A stretch of 64,000 nucleotides of DNA from Octopus sinensis (lineage: Eukaryota). Positions within the stretch are counted from its first letter, which is position 1; every line of letters starts with the position of its first letter. The stretch lies in NCBI RefSeq assembly GCF_006345805.1, contig NC_042997.1, positions 136,152,001 through 136,216,000 on the forward strand, given 5' to 3'. The position numbers were made by a program, and so were the translations under genes. The notes under the pieces were generated by a model. The model saw only the letters and a list, made by a program, of their open reading frames with translations. It ran no database searches and had not been told where the DNA came from. Of the stretch, positions 40,640-53,205 are shown in pieces.

Positions 40640-40815
40640 AGGCGGCGGCGGTGGTGGTGGTGGTGGTGGTGGTGGTTCTTGGTGGTGGTGGTTGTGGTTG
40701 TGGTGGTGGTGGTGTTGACGTCGGTGACGGTGGCGGCGGTGCTGAGCTGATGCTGGTGCCGATGCTGTGCTGGTGCTGGTGATAATGGCGGCAGTAGTGA
40801 TGGTGCTGGTGCTGT
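40640..40815. repeat. (GGT/GGC/GCT)n degenerate trinucleotide repeat
   Basis: Directly visible; preceded by a 25-bp tandem duplication (GAGAACCTCGGGTCTAG..GCTTAAC) at about 40514-40565. Confidence 0.9.
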
Positions 40816-40819
40816 TTGT

Positions 40820-41115
40820 TTGTTTGTTTGTTGAGCGAAGCGGTCTTCGTCTTAGAAGTCCGAAACGTGGTCCTTTGCTATTCGTAAGACCCGCAGAAGA
40901 GAAAGCAGGTCAACCCCCAACACCGAGAGCATCGACGGATGGATGAATGCGCATTCCGTCTCAGCGGTTGCGTAGGAAGTCGGAGACAAGAAACAGAAAG
41001 AAAGAGTGAGAGAAAGTTGGAGCCAAAGAGTACAACAGGGGTCGCCTCCACCCCCTGTCGGAGTCTCGTGGGGCCTTAGGTATTTTCGCTCAATAAACAC
41101 ACACAACGAGTCCGC
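40820..41115. mobile_element. Probable GC-rich SINE-like repeat (fourth family)
   Basis: CpG-rich block embedded in a trinucleotide repeat, ending CGCTCAATAAACACACACAAC, similar to the post-head region of family C. Single copy here. Confidence 0.4.
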
Positions 41116-41699
41116 TGTCCTAACAATTGGGCCATTGCGCCTCCACTTGCTGGTGCTGCTGATGCCAATCCTAGCGGTGCTGGCGGTCGAGGTGGTGATA
41201 GTGGTAGTATGTATGTTGCCGTCTAACTCGGATATTTCTAAAGCTCAATGAGGTATCACTTCAACTTTCAGCAAAAACAATCGTTGCATTGATTAACAAT
41301 GATTGTAAAACAATTGACAGTATTCGTCAAAAATTGTGAAGCTTTCAAGGAAATTTATTTCAAAATATATTTCACGACAACCACGAGCCGGCGGAAATTT
41401 ATTTTGAAGCATATCTCGCAAATCTATTAGCAATAAAATTGACATGAGAAAAGACATTCTGATTTGTTTTCCCTTGAAGTAAAACTATAGATAATAGAGC
41501 CATTGAATTGTGATGTTGATTCATCTGAAGAAGGAATTCTAGAATAATTAATTCAATAATAATGCAAGACTAATTCAATATACGAATATGATCAAATAGG
41601 AAAGAGAGAATTCTGGTCATTAAAACACTGTATTCATAGTTATGAATGGAAAATGGTGAAAATGTGTCTGTTTTTCAATATTATGTATGATTTTGAGAC

Positions 41700-41900
41700 G
41701 ACGAGCAGGCAGAATCGTTAAAAAAGGCCTAACCGCATTTCATCCGTCTTCACGTACTGAGTTCAAATTCTGCTGAGGTTGACTTTACATTTCATCTTTT
41801 CGGGTTCGATAAAATAAGTACCAGTCGAAAATTGGGCTTTATGTAATCGATTCACCCACTCCCTTGAAATTGCTGGCCTTATGCCAAAATTTGAAATCAA
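41700..41900 (+). mobile_element. SINE family A
   Basis: GGCAGAATCGTTA, CTGAGTTCAAATTC, GATAAAATAAGTACCAG, tail GCTGGCCTTATGCCAAAATTTGAAA. Confidence 0.85.
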
Positions 41901-43396
41901 TATTATGTATGATTGTAACTGATTTTAGTTCAGTGAATAAATTGATAATTAATGAAAAATAGATTGGATTTCTGAAAAAGAGTCACAAAAGAATGAAACT
42001 TAGCATCATTGAGATGAATATTATGTATTTATCAGGAAAGCACTAAGCTCAAGAATCGTATAAGATAGTAAGTTTTAAAGAATTTTTATTTCACTGTTTA
42101 TTGAATAGAGGGCGAAGTAGAACTAGTGAAGGTAAGAAAAAATTTCAAGAAGCAATGTTTAAAAAAGAAAGTGTGAAAGCCGCTAATATACATATTAGCA
42201 ATAAAAAAAACGGATTGTCAAACAGATTGACAGAAATATGCAAATAGATATATAGATAGAAGTACAAGCATATGCACACATAAGTAAATACATAACAGAT
42301 TGGAGTATATGTATTGGCATAAGCATGTAAAACGATATATTGACAGGCTGACATGCACAGACATAAATATTTATATAGATGTATAGACAGATGTACGTAG
42401 ATATCCTTAACACGTACGGACGATATAGACACAGGGGGAAAAGACAAATAGTAGATACAGAGAGAAAAAATGGTTGGAAAAACAGAAAGACAGACAGAAT
42501 TATTTACTAAGACATATAACTATATATACTGTTAGATAAATTGTCTGAGTTATAAGAAATAATTTCGTTGTATCTAAGACACCAAACGAAAATGGAAATA
42601 AATATTCATGTTTATGTCCCTATGAATACGCGTGCAAGGACGAGAGTCGTCTATAGGTGTTTGTGCAGGTGTGTGTGGTAAGGATGTAAGTTGGTATGTT
42701 TGCGTTGTGAGTGAAATCAAATCTACATGTGTGCATGCACACACATTTGCCAACAATCACGCATCCATACACACATACACATACACACACAAACACATAT
42801 ATATCATTTTTTTTTATTATTTATATATAGACATCATATTATAATATTTTCCAGTTGGCCCATTTTGTATCTAATGACTGGCTCCTCGTAAATATTTTGT
42901 TATAAATATTATTTCCAAATTATCATATACAGGCGGTCAGTGGCATATGCGAAACGCTGGATAGTAACAGACAATAACCGCAGCACAACAATAAATATTT
43001 ACACTACTGAATTGAATACGTTTTCTCAAAGGCATAAATATATGAAACATGCACACTTTAGAGATATGTTATTAAACATCTGCAATGAGATACAATAAGC
43101 ACATGCCACGAGAAATTGTTGAAATAATATCTCATTTCAAAATCTAGCAATATATCATTATAAAATTTACTCGCACTGTTTTATATTATGTTATAAATCC
43201 GGTTTTCTATTTTTACTGACAATCGAATTTACGTTATGGATTGCTGTGTAAAATCATTTCTATGGTGGTTTATACAGAAGAGAAATATCAAAACAATTTA
43301 GCTTTAATTATGAAATTGTTTTAGTGTTAAAGTACCGTACTTAAAAATGTTATATAGCATATTGTAATAATCAAATCAGGATCCAAGATGTGTGTG

Positions 43397-43451
<55 letters not shown>

Positions 43452-45492
43452 TTAAGGAGAAAGAAAGGAGGAAGGGGTGTGATATATAGAGGTATGTGCA
43501 TGTATGCAATATATGAAGAGCACTGAATTGAAATTGAAAATATCGAAGAGAAACGCACTCGGCAATATCTATGAATTAGAGATGCGAGAAAAAAGCTATG
43601 TATGTAAATTAATAGGGAGTCTCTACAACCATACAGTCAGATTTCCTGTCTACAACAGAAATCAGTGATCAAAGTATCCGCTATTGAGGAATATATTTAC
43701 TCACCATTTAATGCAACAACCAAGAACACGTATGTATGCGTGTAATTTTCTGTGTGTGTATGCAAGTGTTTGTGTATAAAATCTGGTTCCAAGCTGAATA
43801 TCAGTCTTCAGATTAATAAATGACATGATTTGATTGATGTGTATTTGAGAATAAAGAGGAAATTCTATTCATTTCCTTTCAGCTTATTTAAAACATTCTA
43901 GAAAAAAATTCAGTTTGTTATGTTCAAAACATATGTGGTCAAATTGAGGTAATCCGAATAATATATTCAATATATATGACACTTATAAACATTGAAATTT
44001 TAAGAAGATATGTTACAATTAAAAATGTATAACCTGAATATATAGGCTATATAATTGACAGGAAGATAACAATACGCTAATGAAGTTGTATGTTTGAAAA
44101 GAATTAGTAAGGTTGGAAATATGTAGCGCAACGTTTTGTTGCATATTTGCATACACATACAGACACACAATCTTTACACTTGCATTTAAACATGGCGGCA
44201 GTACTGAATACAAAAAGGAATTTACCTGTATGCTTGCATCTTTGAAAACTTCAACCTTGGTTTATAAATATCGTCCTCGTTAGGGAGAATTTTTTTTAGG
44301 ATTATTCTTTCCCGCGGTGCATAGATTACATCTGTTAATACCATTTCTGTAAAGCCTTGATGTTACAACTATTTTCGAGTTTGAAGCAAGTTATTTTTAA
44401 TGAAGGGTTTTTTTTTCCTTTCACATTTCAGTATTTCCAAATGTAACTTACTTGGTCTATCATATGTGCATGCATTCATGTATATAGGCACATAGATATG
44501 TATGTGTATATACACACACTAACACACACACGCGCGCACACACACAAACACACACACACATAACTCATGGTCTAGCATCAAGGCGTTTTGCCAGAAAATA
44601 ACAACTCCGTAAAAGCCAATTTTAGAGGTTTGGTGAAATAATTTGGGCAGCCTTTATACTAAAATTACTGATAGACAGAAAACCAAATTGAAATCCAGAA
44701 TTACACAATTGTATAGTTAATATACATTGAAAGAATAACATAGCGAATCTTTAATAATTTATGTTGGAAAACTTTAAACTGGTTTCAGCTTTCATGATGT
44801 CTCCCTAATCTCTTTTTGTAGTTGTTTAGCTGCCAAACTAATCTTCTGCATGAAATAAACACCAATGTTGCTGAAAAACCACAGCAGCCGACGTCCAAAG
44901 TTAATGAGATTTCGTGCCATCTTTTGACAAGACCTTAATCAACCAAGTCTTGATATTTGTCTTCCTTCAGCTGGTAAATAATGTGAAGTCGAGTAAAACG
45001 CTAAATCTATTCTCTCAGGTCCCTGTGAGTTCAGTCACAATTATTCCTCTGTTTTTGAGCTCCTAAATAGCAGGAATACGTCTGGCCGGTGTGATATTAT
45101 CACTATCTTTTCCGGAAAGACGAATTTACTCTAACTTTTCATGCATAACTCAGTCTGAGGCTTGTCATAGAAAAGAAAATGGTTCCTCTACCTTATGTGC
45201 CTTATCACATTCACTTAGGACTGTGACATCTTTGGTTAGTGATGGCTGCTGTCTGTTGGCCTTAACTCTCTGCAAGTCCGCCGCTTGGTAATTTCTGTAA
45301 GGACTTTGTCGTGCTGAGCTTTGAGAGTTCTTATAATATAAAGATATTTTCAGTAAATGCAATCAACAGTAAAGCAGTTAATATGATAAATAAAAGAATA
45401 CAGGCTTTAAAGTGTTAATAGGATATATAATATTTTATACAAATAAAAGGAGAAATAAAGAATATTTAGGCTTATGTTATATTAATAGATAA

Positions 45493-45754
45493 CTAGTGGG
45501 ACCCGTGGAAGTTCCACAGAAAGGAAAAGATTAATAGAAAGTATTTAAGAAAGACAGGATGATTTTAATTTCTATTTTGCTTCTAGCCACAATAATATAC
45601 TATATGATTTTAAAATCTCCCTCTGCTAAGCATTTTATATTTCTCACTTCTTTTTCTCTCTCTCACTTTTACTTCATATTTCACTCACTCCAATTCCGCC
45701 TCTCTAACAAACTAAAGTATAACGGGCGAACGAACAAGCAGATTATTATATAGA
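45493..45754 (-). mobile_element. Short non-autonomous Helitron
   Basis: Minus strand starts TCTATATAATAA and ends with hairpin GTGGAACTTCCAC followed by GGGTCCCA-CTAG. Inserted between A and T with no TSD. Confidence 0.72.
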
Positions 45755-46221
45755 TGTTGCAGAAATCTTGCTATTAGGTGTCAAAATTTACGAGATTTAC
45801 AGCATACAAAATGTGATATTTGGATATATCATGGATGACTGATACTTATCAAGTACAGTTTGTATAAAATATAACACAAACGTAAATGCTTTTCCTTAGG
45901 TGATAGATGTGCATCTGAAAATAGTGCGAGATTCTTTTATGAATAATAATAAAGAAACACAGTAAATAGCATTTCAATTTTGTATAATGCGTGTGACATA
46001 TTTTTGCAAAAATTGGTTCAGTATATATTCGGTACAAATTAAACGCCTTCAAGCTATTAATCAGCATCGTTTAAAAGACTAAATATATTCTTGCCAATAT
46101 ATATAATGAATTATAAAATTATACATAATTCCTGCAACAAATTATAACCGTTCTCTAATAATACTTTGTTGCTAATATTAATGAAACGCATGTGTATTGC
46201 TGCATGTATATACATATATAC

Positions 46222-46262
<41 letters not shown>

Positions 46263-46541
46263 TACTTCTTTCTCATCCTTTCTCATTTTTCCTCTCAGCT
46301 TGTTTAAACTTGTTTTAGCTTGTCATGCCATGTGAGCACAGACTGGGGATGGCGTGAAGGCACTAGACGTGTTAAAAAATGCTATCCGAGATGTTTTAAT
46401 TGCATGAAACTATTAGTAGCTCATAAAAATATATATTATGTTTATTAAATAATATTTGCTTCTCATCAGATGGAGCACTTTTTGTTTATCTTACCGTCAC
46501 AGAACAGTACATAAATATATATACATACATTACATACATAT

Positions 46542-46605
<64 letters not shown>

Positions 46606-46911
46606 TTAATAAGGGTGAGAGAATTAGATACTAATTTAATAGTATATCTATTCAACACCAAGTGGCCTAGTGCTCCGAGAAACCTGGATTATTATAATAT
46701 TTTATAACATATTATAATATTTTTACAAAATAAATATAAGAGAGTGGTCACTATATGGCTCTCCGTGAACTATATGGTTTTCCGTGAAAGTTTGGCGCGC
46801 TGTTAGTTGGGGCATTTGAATTATAACGTCGGATGTAATCAATTGAACCACACGCGTATTTATCGTTATGGTAAAATCTGGCGTGTGATTGAGTGGATTT
46901 CATCCAGATAG

Positions 46912-46994
46912 TTTTGGCTGACGAGCTACAAATGGATTTTTTTTGTAAGTAAAATTACATTTAATTCATTAATAGCGAAACAATTGTCCCAAAA
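46912..46994 (+). ncRNA. Type I hammerhead ribozyme, copy 1
   Basis: Stem I TTTTGG/CCAAAA; core CTGACGA (46918-46924); stem II GCTA/TAGC; GAAA (46977-46980); stem III within palindrome ACAATTGT; GUC cleavage after 46988. Confidence 0.88.
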
Positions 46995-47447
46995 TAATTT
47001 GTATTTTTGTTATTTTTTATTTGCCCTGTCCGTGTGAGCTAACAATCGTACTGACTTTCATGGGAAACATGTATTTTCGTGGTTGAAACCTTTTGGATTA
47101 ACTGGTGCTAGAGTGAGCCATATAGTGACCACTCTCTTATATTTATTTTGTAAAAATATTATAATATGTTATAAAATATTATAATAATCCAGGTTTCTCG
47201 GAGCACTAGGCCACTTGGTGTTGAATAGATATACTATTAAATTAGTATCTAATTCTCTCACCCTTATTAATTAATTATAATTATGCTGCATTTATTTCTA
47301 AATGCTGTATTTGTTTTCCGTGAAAGTTTGGCGCGCTGTTAGTTGGGGCATTTGAATTATAACGTCGGATGTAATCAATTGAACCACACGCGTATTTATC
47401 GTTATGGTAAAATCTGGCGTGTGATTGAGTGGATTTCATCCAGATAG

Positions 47448-47530
47448 TTTTGGCTGACGAGCTACAAATGGATTTTTTTTGTAAGTAAAATTACATTTAA
47501 TTCATTAATAGCGAAACAATTGTCCCAAAA
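47448..47530 (+). ncRNA. Type I hammerhead ribozyme, copy 2
   Basis: Identical motif; CTGACGA at 47454-47460, GAAA at 47513-47516, cleavage after 47524. Confidence 0.88.
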
Positions 47531-47684
47531 TAATCTGTATTTTTGTTATTTTTTATTTGCCCTGTCCGTGTGAGCTAACAATCGTACTGACTTTCATGGG
47601 AAACATGTATTTTCGTGGTTGAAACCTTTTGGATTAACTGGTGCTAGAGTGAGCCATATAGTGACCACTCTCTTATATTTATTT

Positions 47685-47717
<33 letters not shown>

Positions 47718-47720
<3 letters not shown>

Positions 47721-48246
47721 TGGAAAAGGATACGTGGCGTTCGATCATCTAATAATATAAATAATATATAAATATATACATATATACATACATATATGTG
47801 CATACCTACATATATATGTATATATACATGCATCAAAAAACAGGACATCAAAAAAACGTTGAACACAATGAGAAAAGAAAACATAAAAACAAAAACATTT
47901 ATTGTTTTTACTGTTTTGTTCTTACTGTCCTGTTCTTGTAACCACTTTTACCGTCCGCAAAAAACCCCAAATTTGATTTAATTTGCTTTGCGGGAAGGAT
48001 TGTTTCAACGAAGTCACGTCTTGTCCTTACCTTCGAGAACGCGGAGTAGATGAAACAGGGACAACTGAAGAAGGGAAATATTCCTTGTGTTGTATATCTT
48101 GTACTCTGTTTTTTTCTTTGTTTGAAAAAAAGTTCGTTTCTATGTTTTTGTTTCTTATTGTGTTCAACGTTTTTTTATGTTCTGTACCCATATATGCATC
48201 TATATATACATATATATGTAAGTATGTATATATATGTATGTATATA

Positions 48247-48250
<4 letters not shown>
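47718..48250. mobile_element. Second copy of the 28.6-29.3 kb repeat family, with inverted arm
   Basis: TTTGCTTTGCGGGAAGGA.TGTTTCAACGAAGTC..GGGACAACTGAAGAAGGG is shared. About 47780-47893 is inverted relative to about 48140-48250. Confidence 0.7.
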
Positions 48251-48309
<59 letters not shown>

Positions 48310-49509
48310 CAATTGTCACTCATAAACGCATATGACCTGCTATCTATCTGGTAGTATACGTCCGCTATCTTATTTTTGTGCCAATGTATCAGCGAGTAGA
48401 CAGGGACGTTGTCGATCATTACAAACCTTTACCTAGCGAAGTATCCGGGATGTAACAGCTTGCAGAGAACAGGGCTGCACTTGCACCCGGTACTCATTTT
48501 AGCTTAGGCGGGAGTAGTGAGACATAAAGTGCCTTGCCAAGAACATAAAGCACCATACTCTCCAAGTATCGAATTCATGCCCTTATAATTGTAAAGCCAA
48601 TGCATTTACATACGGTATAGAAATGAATATACTGCTAATATTTCACTATTTTGGACATCGGTTATAGATAGATCCATTTCCGTTTGTTTACTGCACCTGA
48701 AATAGGCAAGAAAAAGATTTCCTACCTTTTTTATTACCTTCATTTGATAGCTTAAATTTCGCATGGTTCTGATACTTCGAAGAATAAAATTTCATTAATT
48801 TTACTTCTTGAACATCTAACATCTACAGTTTCTTGATGTGTAGCAATTCACTGAAAGAGGAAGGTATATCGAAGCACCCTTCAGCAGAAGTTCATCTGAG
48901 CACTGTATATAATACGTTCGTTATTACTATCTTATGTAGTATTTTTAAATACATTCAAAAACTACTTTTTCTGCACGTAAATTTCTGTCTTCATTTCGCG
49001 AAGTTTTCTGTAATTCGAAAGAAATAAAATATAAATAAAATTTTCGCCTAATTCTCTACATTGAATGCTGACAAATGATCGATCGGAAATGTATTATGGA
49101 ATTGAGGTGCTTCAAACGCCATCTAAAACGCACCCTTCAGTGCAAGACAATTTCTCCTTTCAGATGATGTTCAGACATTGTAAGGAGAGAATTCTGATGA
49201 GTATCGGTAACACCGAATTGCTTTCATTTCTTAAAGACTTTCCATAAAATTAATGCCTCTGTATGTATTTGTGTGCATGCGTTATAGTTCTGTGTATTAC
49301 CAATTATTTATTGCCTAATTGTTATCAATAATATTCCTTTCCTCTTTCCATTGCACCCAGCACAACTACAAAACACAGAATCTCTACAAGTCACTCTGCA
49401 GTATAATAAATTGAATATTGCTTTATTTTCATTTTGAATGCACATGGTGATTTTATTTACAAGCTGATAATTAGAAACATTTTGCCTATTAACATATTTC
49501 ATTACACAG

Positions 49510-50120
49510 TTCACGAATGCAACACGATCGAAATCTATCTATAAGATAGAGAAGAGAAACAGTGTATAGTTGTGGAAATTATTTGGACAGCGGATGTTAA
49601 CATAAACAATAATAACATATAATTGATTAGTGAAAAAGAGAACACCTATGCTGAACTATTGAGAAATCTGCAGTTACTCTATCCAGATTACATGTTCAGG
49701 TTTATACCTGTAATTATTGAGGCACACTATAAATATCAATCTTGAGAAATTAGGTTTCTCGAAACCAGAAAGGAGAAAGCTGATCCGAAGACTACAGATC
49801 CAATCCATCACTGGAACTGTAAAAATCTCTATATCTTTCCAGAAGTTTATCATTTAAATATATATGAGCGTGTCTAGATATGCGACTATATGCATGAGAA
49901 TGCATACTTAAATCATACAAATCTGCACATACATACATACATACATACATACATACATACATACATACATACATACATACATACATACATACATACATAC
50001 ATACATACATACATACAAAAATAGCCTGTTGATGAAATTCCAATGAATGAGCCTTGGATCTAGGTTAGAATCCTCTTCTTTCTCTATTAGCAAGAAATCT
50101 TGAAATAAACTGAATAATGA
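49510..50120 (+). mobile_element. 3' end of an RLE-type non-LTR retrotransposon, with (CATA)n in the 3' UTR
   Basis: DREEKQCIVVEI..ADVNI..EKENTYAELLRNLQLLYPDYMFRFIPVII..LIRRLQIQSITGTVKI; (CATA)n at 49928-50016. Confidence 0.78.
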
Positions 50121-51064
50121 CATACATACAAACATATGTGGTTCTATATTCCATTCCACTGCACGGATTCTAGGCCAAGTGTCGTTTCCCGCAGCCTCAA
50201 GTTAACTAATATCTCGTGGGGGGGAACTACCGGAGTGGCAGAGTCGAGACAACGACTGACAGAATTAATCGAGACACTTTTTCCAAACTACATCAGTCTG
50301 AGTTCAAAACTCGCCCAGGCTCACTTTGCTTTTAAAACATTCTGGGCTGCTCCAAAAAGTTTGAATCTCTCTCTCTCCCGCTCTCTTGCTCTCTCTCTCT
50401 CTCTCTCTCGATATATATATCTATTTGTATATAGTCACATATATATTATGTATGTATATAATCATATAATCGTGAAGTATATTTGCCACCTAAATGTGGC
50501 TGACCCATAAGAGACGATACTACTGTAGTTTATAGCCCCAGGAAGACATCTCCAGCTGACTATTGACACACTGTCTGTACCCTATCATTATTTGCAACAT
50601 ATATATATATATATATATATATAAGATTACTGAATACAGTTAATCGATGAGCCAAAGCTACAATGACAATGACACCAACTTTAAGGAGGATTGTACGTAG
50701 TGATAACTAACTTCGTATAACATTTTCACATTTGGCTATTTTTCTATTTGATTTATGGAAATGGCCTCTCCAAAAGAAGGGCAGACAGCTCGCCAAAAAG
50801 CTCTCAAATCATGTACGCTTAATAGCTCAAGATGTTTAACACCAGATATAAATATGATACGATACATGCAGGAAATATAGTAGAATCATATGTTAATGTA
50901 GCTATTGCTCAAGAATAGTGACTTGTGAAGAACATAAAGAAGGTTAATCCGGAGAGGGAGATCATAGAGATCAAGAATGATAGTGGTGGTCCGTGTCAAC
51001 AAAAGTCAGTTCAGAAGTACTTTTTCGTACGAGTGTGTGTTTATATCTATCTATATATATATAT

Positions 51065-51290
51065 AGGGAGAGTTCACGAAAAAACACAAAAGACGAAGAC
51101 AGGTGGTGTACAAAACAAACAGATGTATTCGTATAACGCTCAGGAGTAGAAACAGTCTTTTACGTTTCGAGCCTACGCTCTTCTACAGAAAGGGACACAG
51201 AAAAAAAAACAAGGAGAGAAACAAGGAGAGAAAAAAAGGAGGGAAAAGGGAGAGAAAAAATGTGTGTAGTGGCTACATATCTATCATATA
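51065..51290 (-). mobile_element. PLE terminal-repeat fragment with hammerhead-like motif at 51157-51192
   Basis: Minus strand CTTT CTGTAGA A GAGC GTAG GCTC GAAA CG TA AAAG; flanked by (TA)n. Confidence 0.6.
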
Positions 51291-51484
51291 TATATATATT
51301 TGAAAGAGGTTGATAGTGTGAGCGTGTTATTATGGTGTGTGTTGTGTATGTGTGTGCGCGTTAGTAGACTCCTAAATAAATTACTTAAGTATCACAAAAA
51401 TATTGTCCATCGGTTACCTTACATTGATGTTATAGTTTCTGATATACAGTGGTAAAATAACATCTTCAACATAACACAGGTTTC

Positions 51485-52565
51485 TAGGGGAGAGCTGAAG
51501 TAGATGGTTCAGATGCTTTTGCCAACATACAGACTTCTGGTGTTTTTCAAATGGAATAAAAGACTTCTTAATGTCTTCTGAATATTGTTGGTTGCTTTAA
51601 AAACATTGGAATGTTTAATTTTTGCTTGAAAGTGTTATCTTTATTGTCCTCTTTCATGCATGTCTTTGTTAAGTGGTAACTGATGTGATGTCCTGTGGAT
51701 ACATTTGAAGAGAATATTTCCGGGAAATCAGACATGAGGCTGTCTTTTTCCTTCTGGCTGAAATATGTCATGTAGTAAATATGTCATGTTGTGATTATAG
51801 ACCAAGTCCCTAGTGATAGAGTTTTGACAAAGCTGTTGTAGATACTGACGCATCCATGTTAATTGTATATCTCGGAAGGCTGGGCTGCTTCTAACAGATG
51901 AGAGGTTAAGGCAAACTGGATCTTTACCAAATCTAGCCATATGATATCGTTTGGTCTCTGTTTTCTTCAGGCAAATTTCTTTATCACTTTCTGCGTATTG
52001 TTTAGGAGTTTTAAAAGAAAAAGCCCTTTCCATGCTTTTTTCAATACTTTTAGATATTTTGTCATTCTTTTGCTCATGCTTTTCATCACCTTTTTGTTGA
52101 ACTGGAAGTAAAAGGTTGTTTTATTTGGTGAAACTTGTGCAGGAATTACAACTTTCATTACTTCTAGCCTATCTTTTTGGACATCAGTCTGTAAAGATTT
52201 GTTATTAATTCTAGCTGATTTCCAGTCTTTCTCTGATTCAAAATGTATGGAATGCATGAAAAATGGCAAACCTACATCAGATTCTTTACATGGATTAGTA
52301 ATATGACAATTTTCCACTGTGGTTTCTGGTTTTGTTTCAAGTGATGCATAGTTGTTGTCGACCAAATTATCCTCACTTTTGCAATAAGATTCAGTCTTAG
52401 CTATCAGTAATCCTTAGAGGTTTATTTTTCCCGTTTTATATTGGGGATCCAAAACTGAATTATATGTACAGTTAACGTTCTGTTTTGTAACCAAATTTGA
52501 TTTGTTTTTCTCAGAAAAGTATGGATAAGGGATGGCGTAGAATTTATAGAATTTCTCCTTCCACT
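51485..52565 (-). pseudogene. Decayed large exon-like reading frame of an unknown host protein
   Basis: Acceptor TTTATTCTTTTATAG at 52566, then about 1.08 kb of reading frame linking ORFs 52414-52677, 51967-52365, 51728-52033 and 51568-51771 through one TAA, one frameshift and a 16-nt duplication. Confidence 0.5.
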
Positions 52566-52839
52566 CTATAAAAGAATAAATATACATTTTGATTTCAAAA
52601 AATACCAATAAATATGGAAATAAAAGATATGTTAAAAATTCAGTCTTAATTTTCCACACAAAGATTCCCTTATACATTTACATTTGGAGCTACCATAGTG
52701 ACAGAATGTTAGGTGAGGTAGAATCTAACTCTAACTTGTATATAAACAAGCTTATTGTTGCCATAAAGATCCCCCTTTGTATTAAAACAGGAAATATTTT
52801 CATTGTAAGACAAAGAGTAATGATGCAAGCTAATGAATG

Positions 52840-53205
52840 AAATTTAACTGCAACATGACTTTCCCAACCATTTGGTTCCAGGTTCAGTCTCACTGTGTGG
52901 CACCTTCGGGGGGTGTATTCTATTATAGTCTCAGGCTAACCAAAGCCATGTGAATGGATTTGATAGACAGAAATTGAAAGCCCATCATGTATATATGTGT
53001 GTGTGTATGTGTTTGTCCCCCACCACCTACTAGTATTGGTGCATTAACATCCCTGTAACTTAGCAGTTTGGAGAAAGAGATTGAAAGAATAAGTACCAGA
53101 CTTTAAAGAATAAAGTACTGGGGTTGATTCATTCAGCTAAAAATCCTTCCAGACAGTGCCTCAGCATGGCTGCAGTCTAATGAATGAAACAAGTAAAGGA
53201 TGAAT
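52840..53205 (+). mobile_element. SINE family B, CpG-eroded copy
   Basis: CTTAGCAGTTTGG in place of CTTAGCGGTTCGG; ATGGCTGCAGTC in place of ATGGCCGCAGTC. Confidence 0.85.

Larger units (their letters stand above)
46597..47685 (+). mobile_element. Young non-coding hammerhead retroelement (retrozyme or non-autonomous PLE): 1.7 x 536-nt unit plus 165-bp inverted arm
   Basis: Direct repeat 46777-47149 = 47313-47685 (one mismatch seen). Inverted repeat 46597-46761 versus 47115-47279. (TA)n on both flanks; no ORF. Confidence 0.88.

Noticed and set aside
40531-41251. GC-rich ORFs suggesting a coding exon or CpG-island promoter
   Set aside because: Explained by (GGT)n repeats plus a SINE-like insertion.
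52090-52160. Tudor-like motif VIPAQVSPNKTTFYFQF
   Set aside because: FYFQ falls at the inferred frameshift and no downstream Tudor residues follow.
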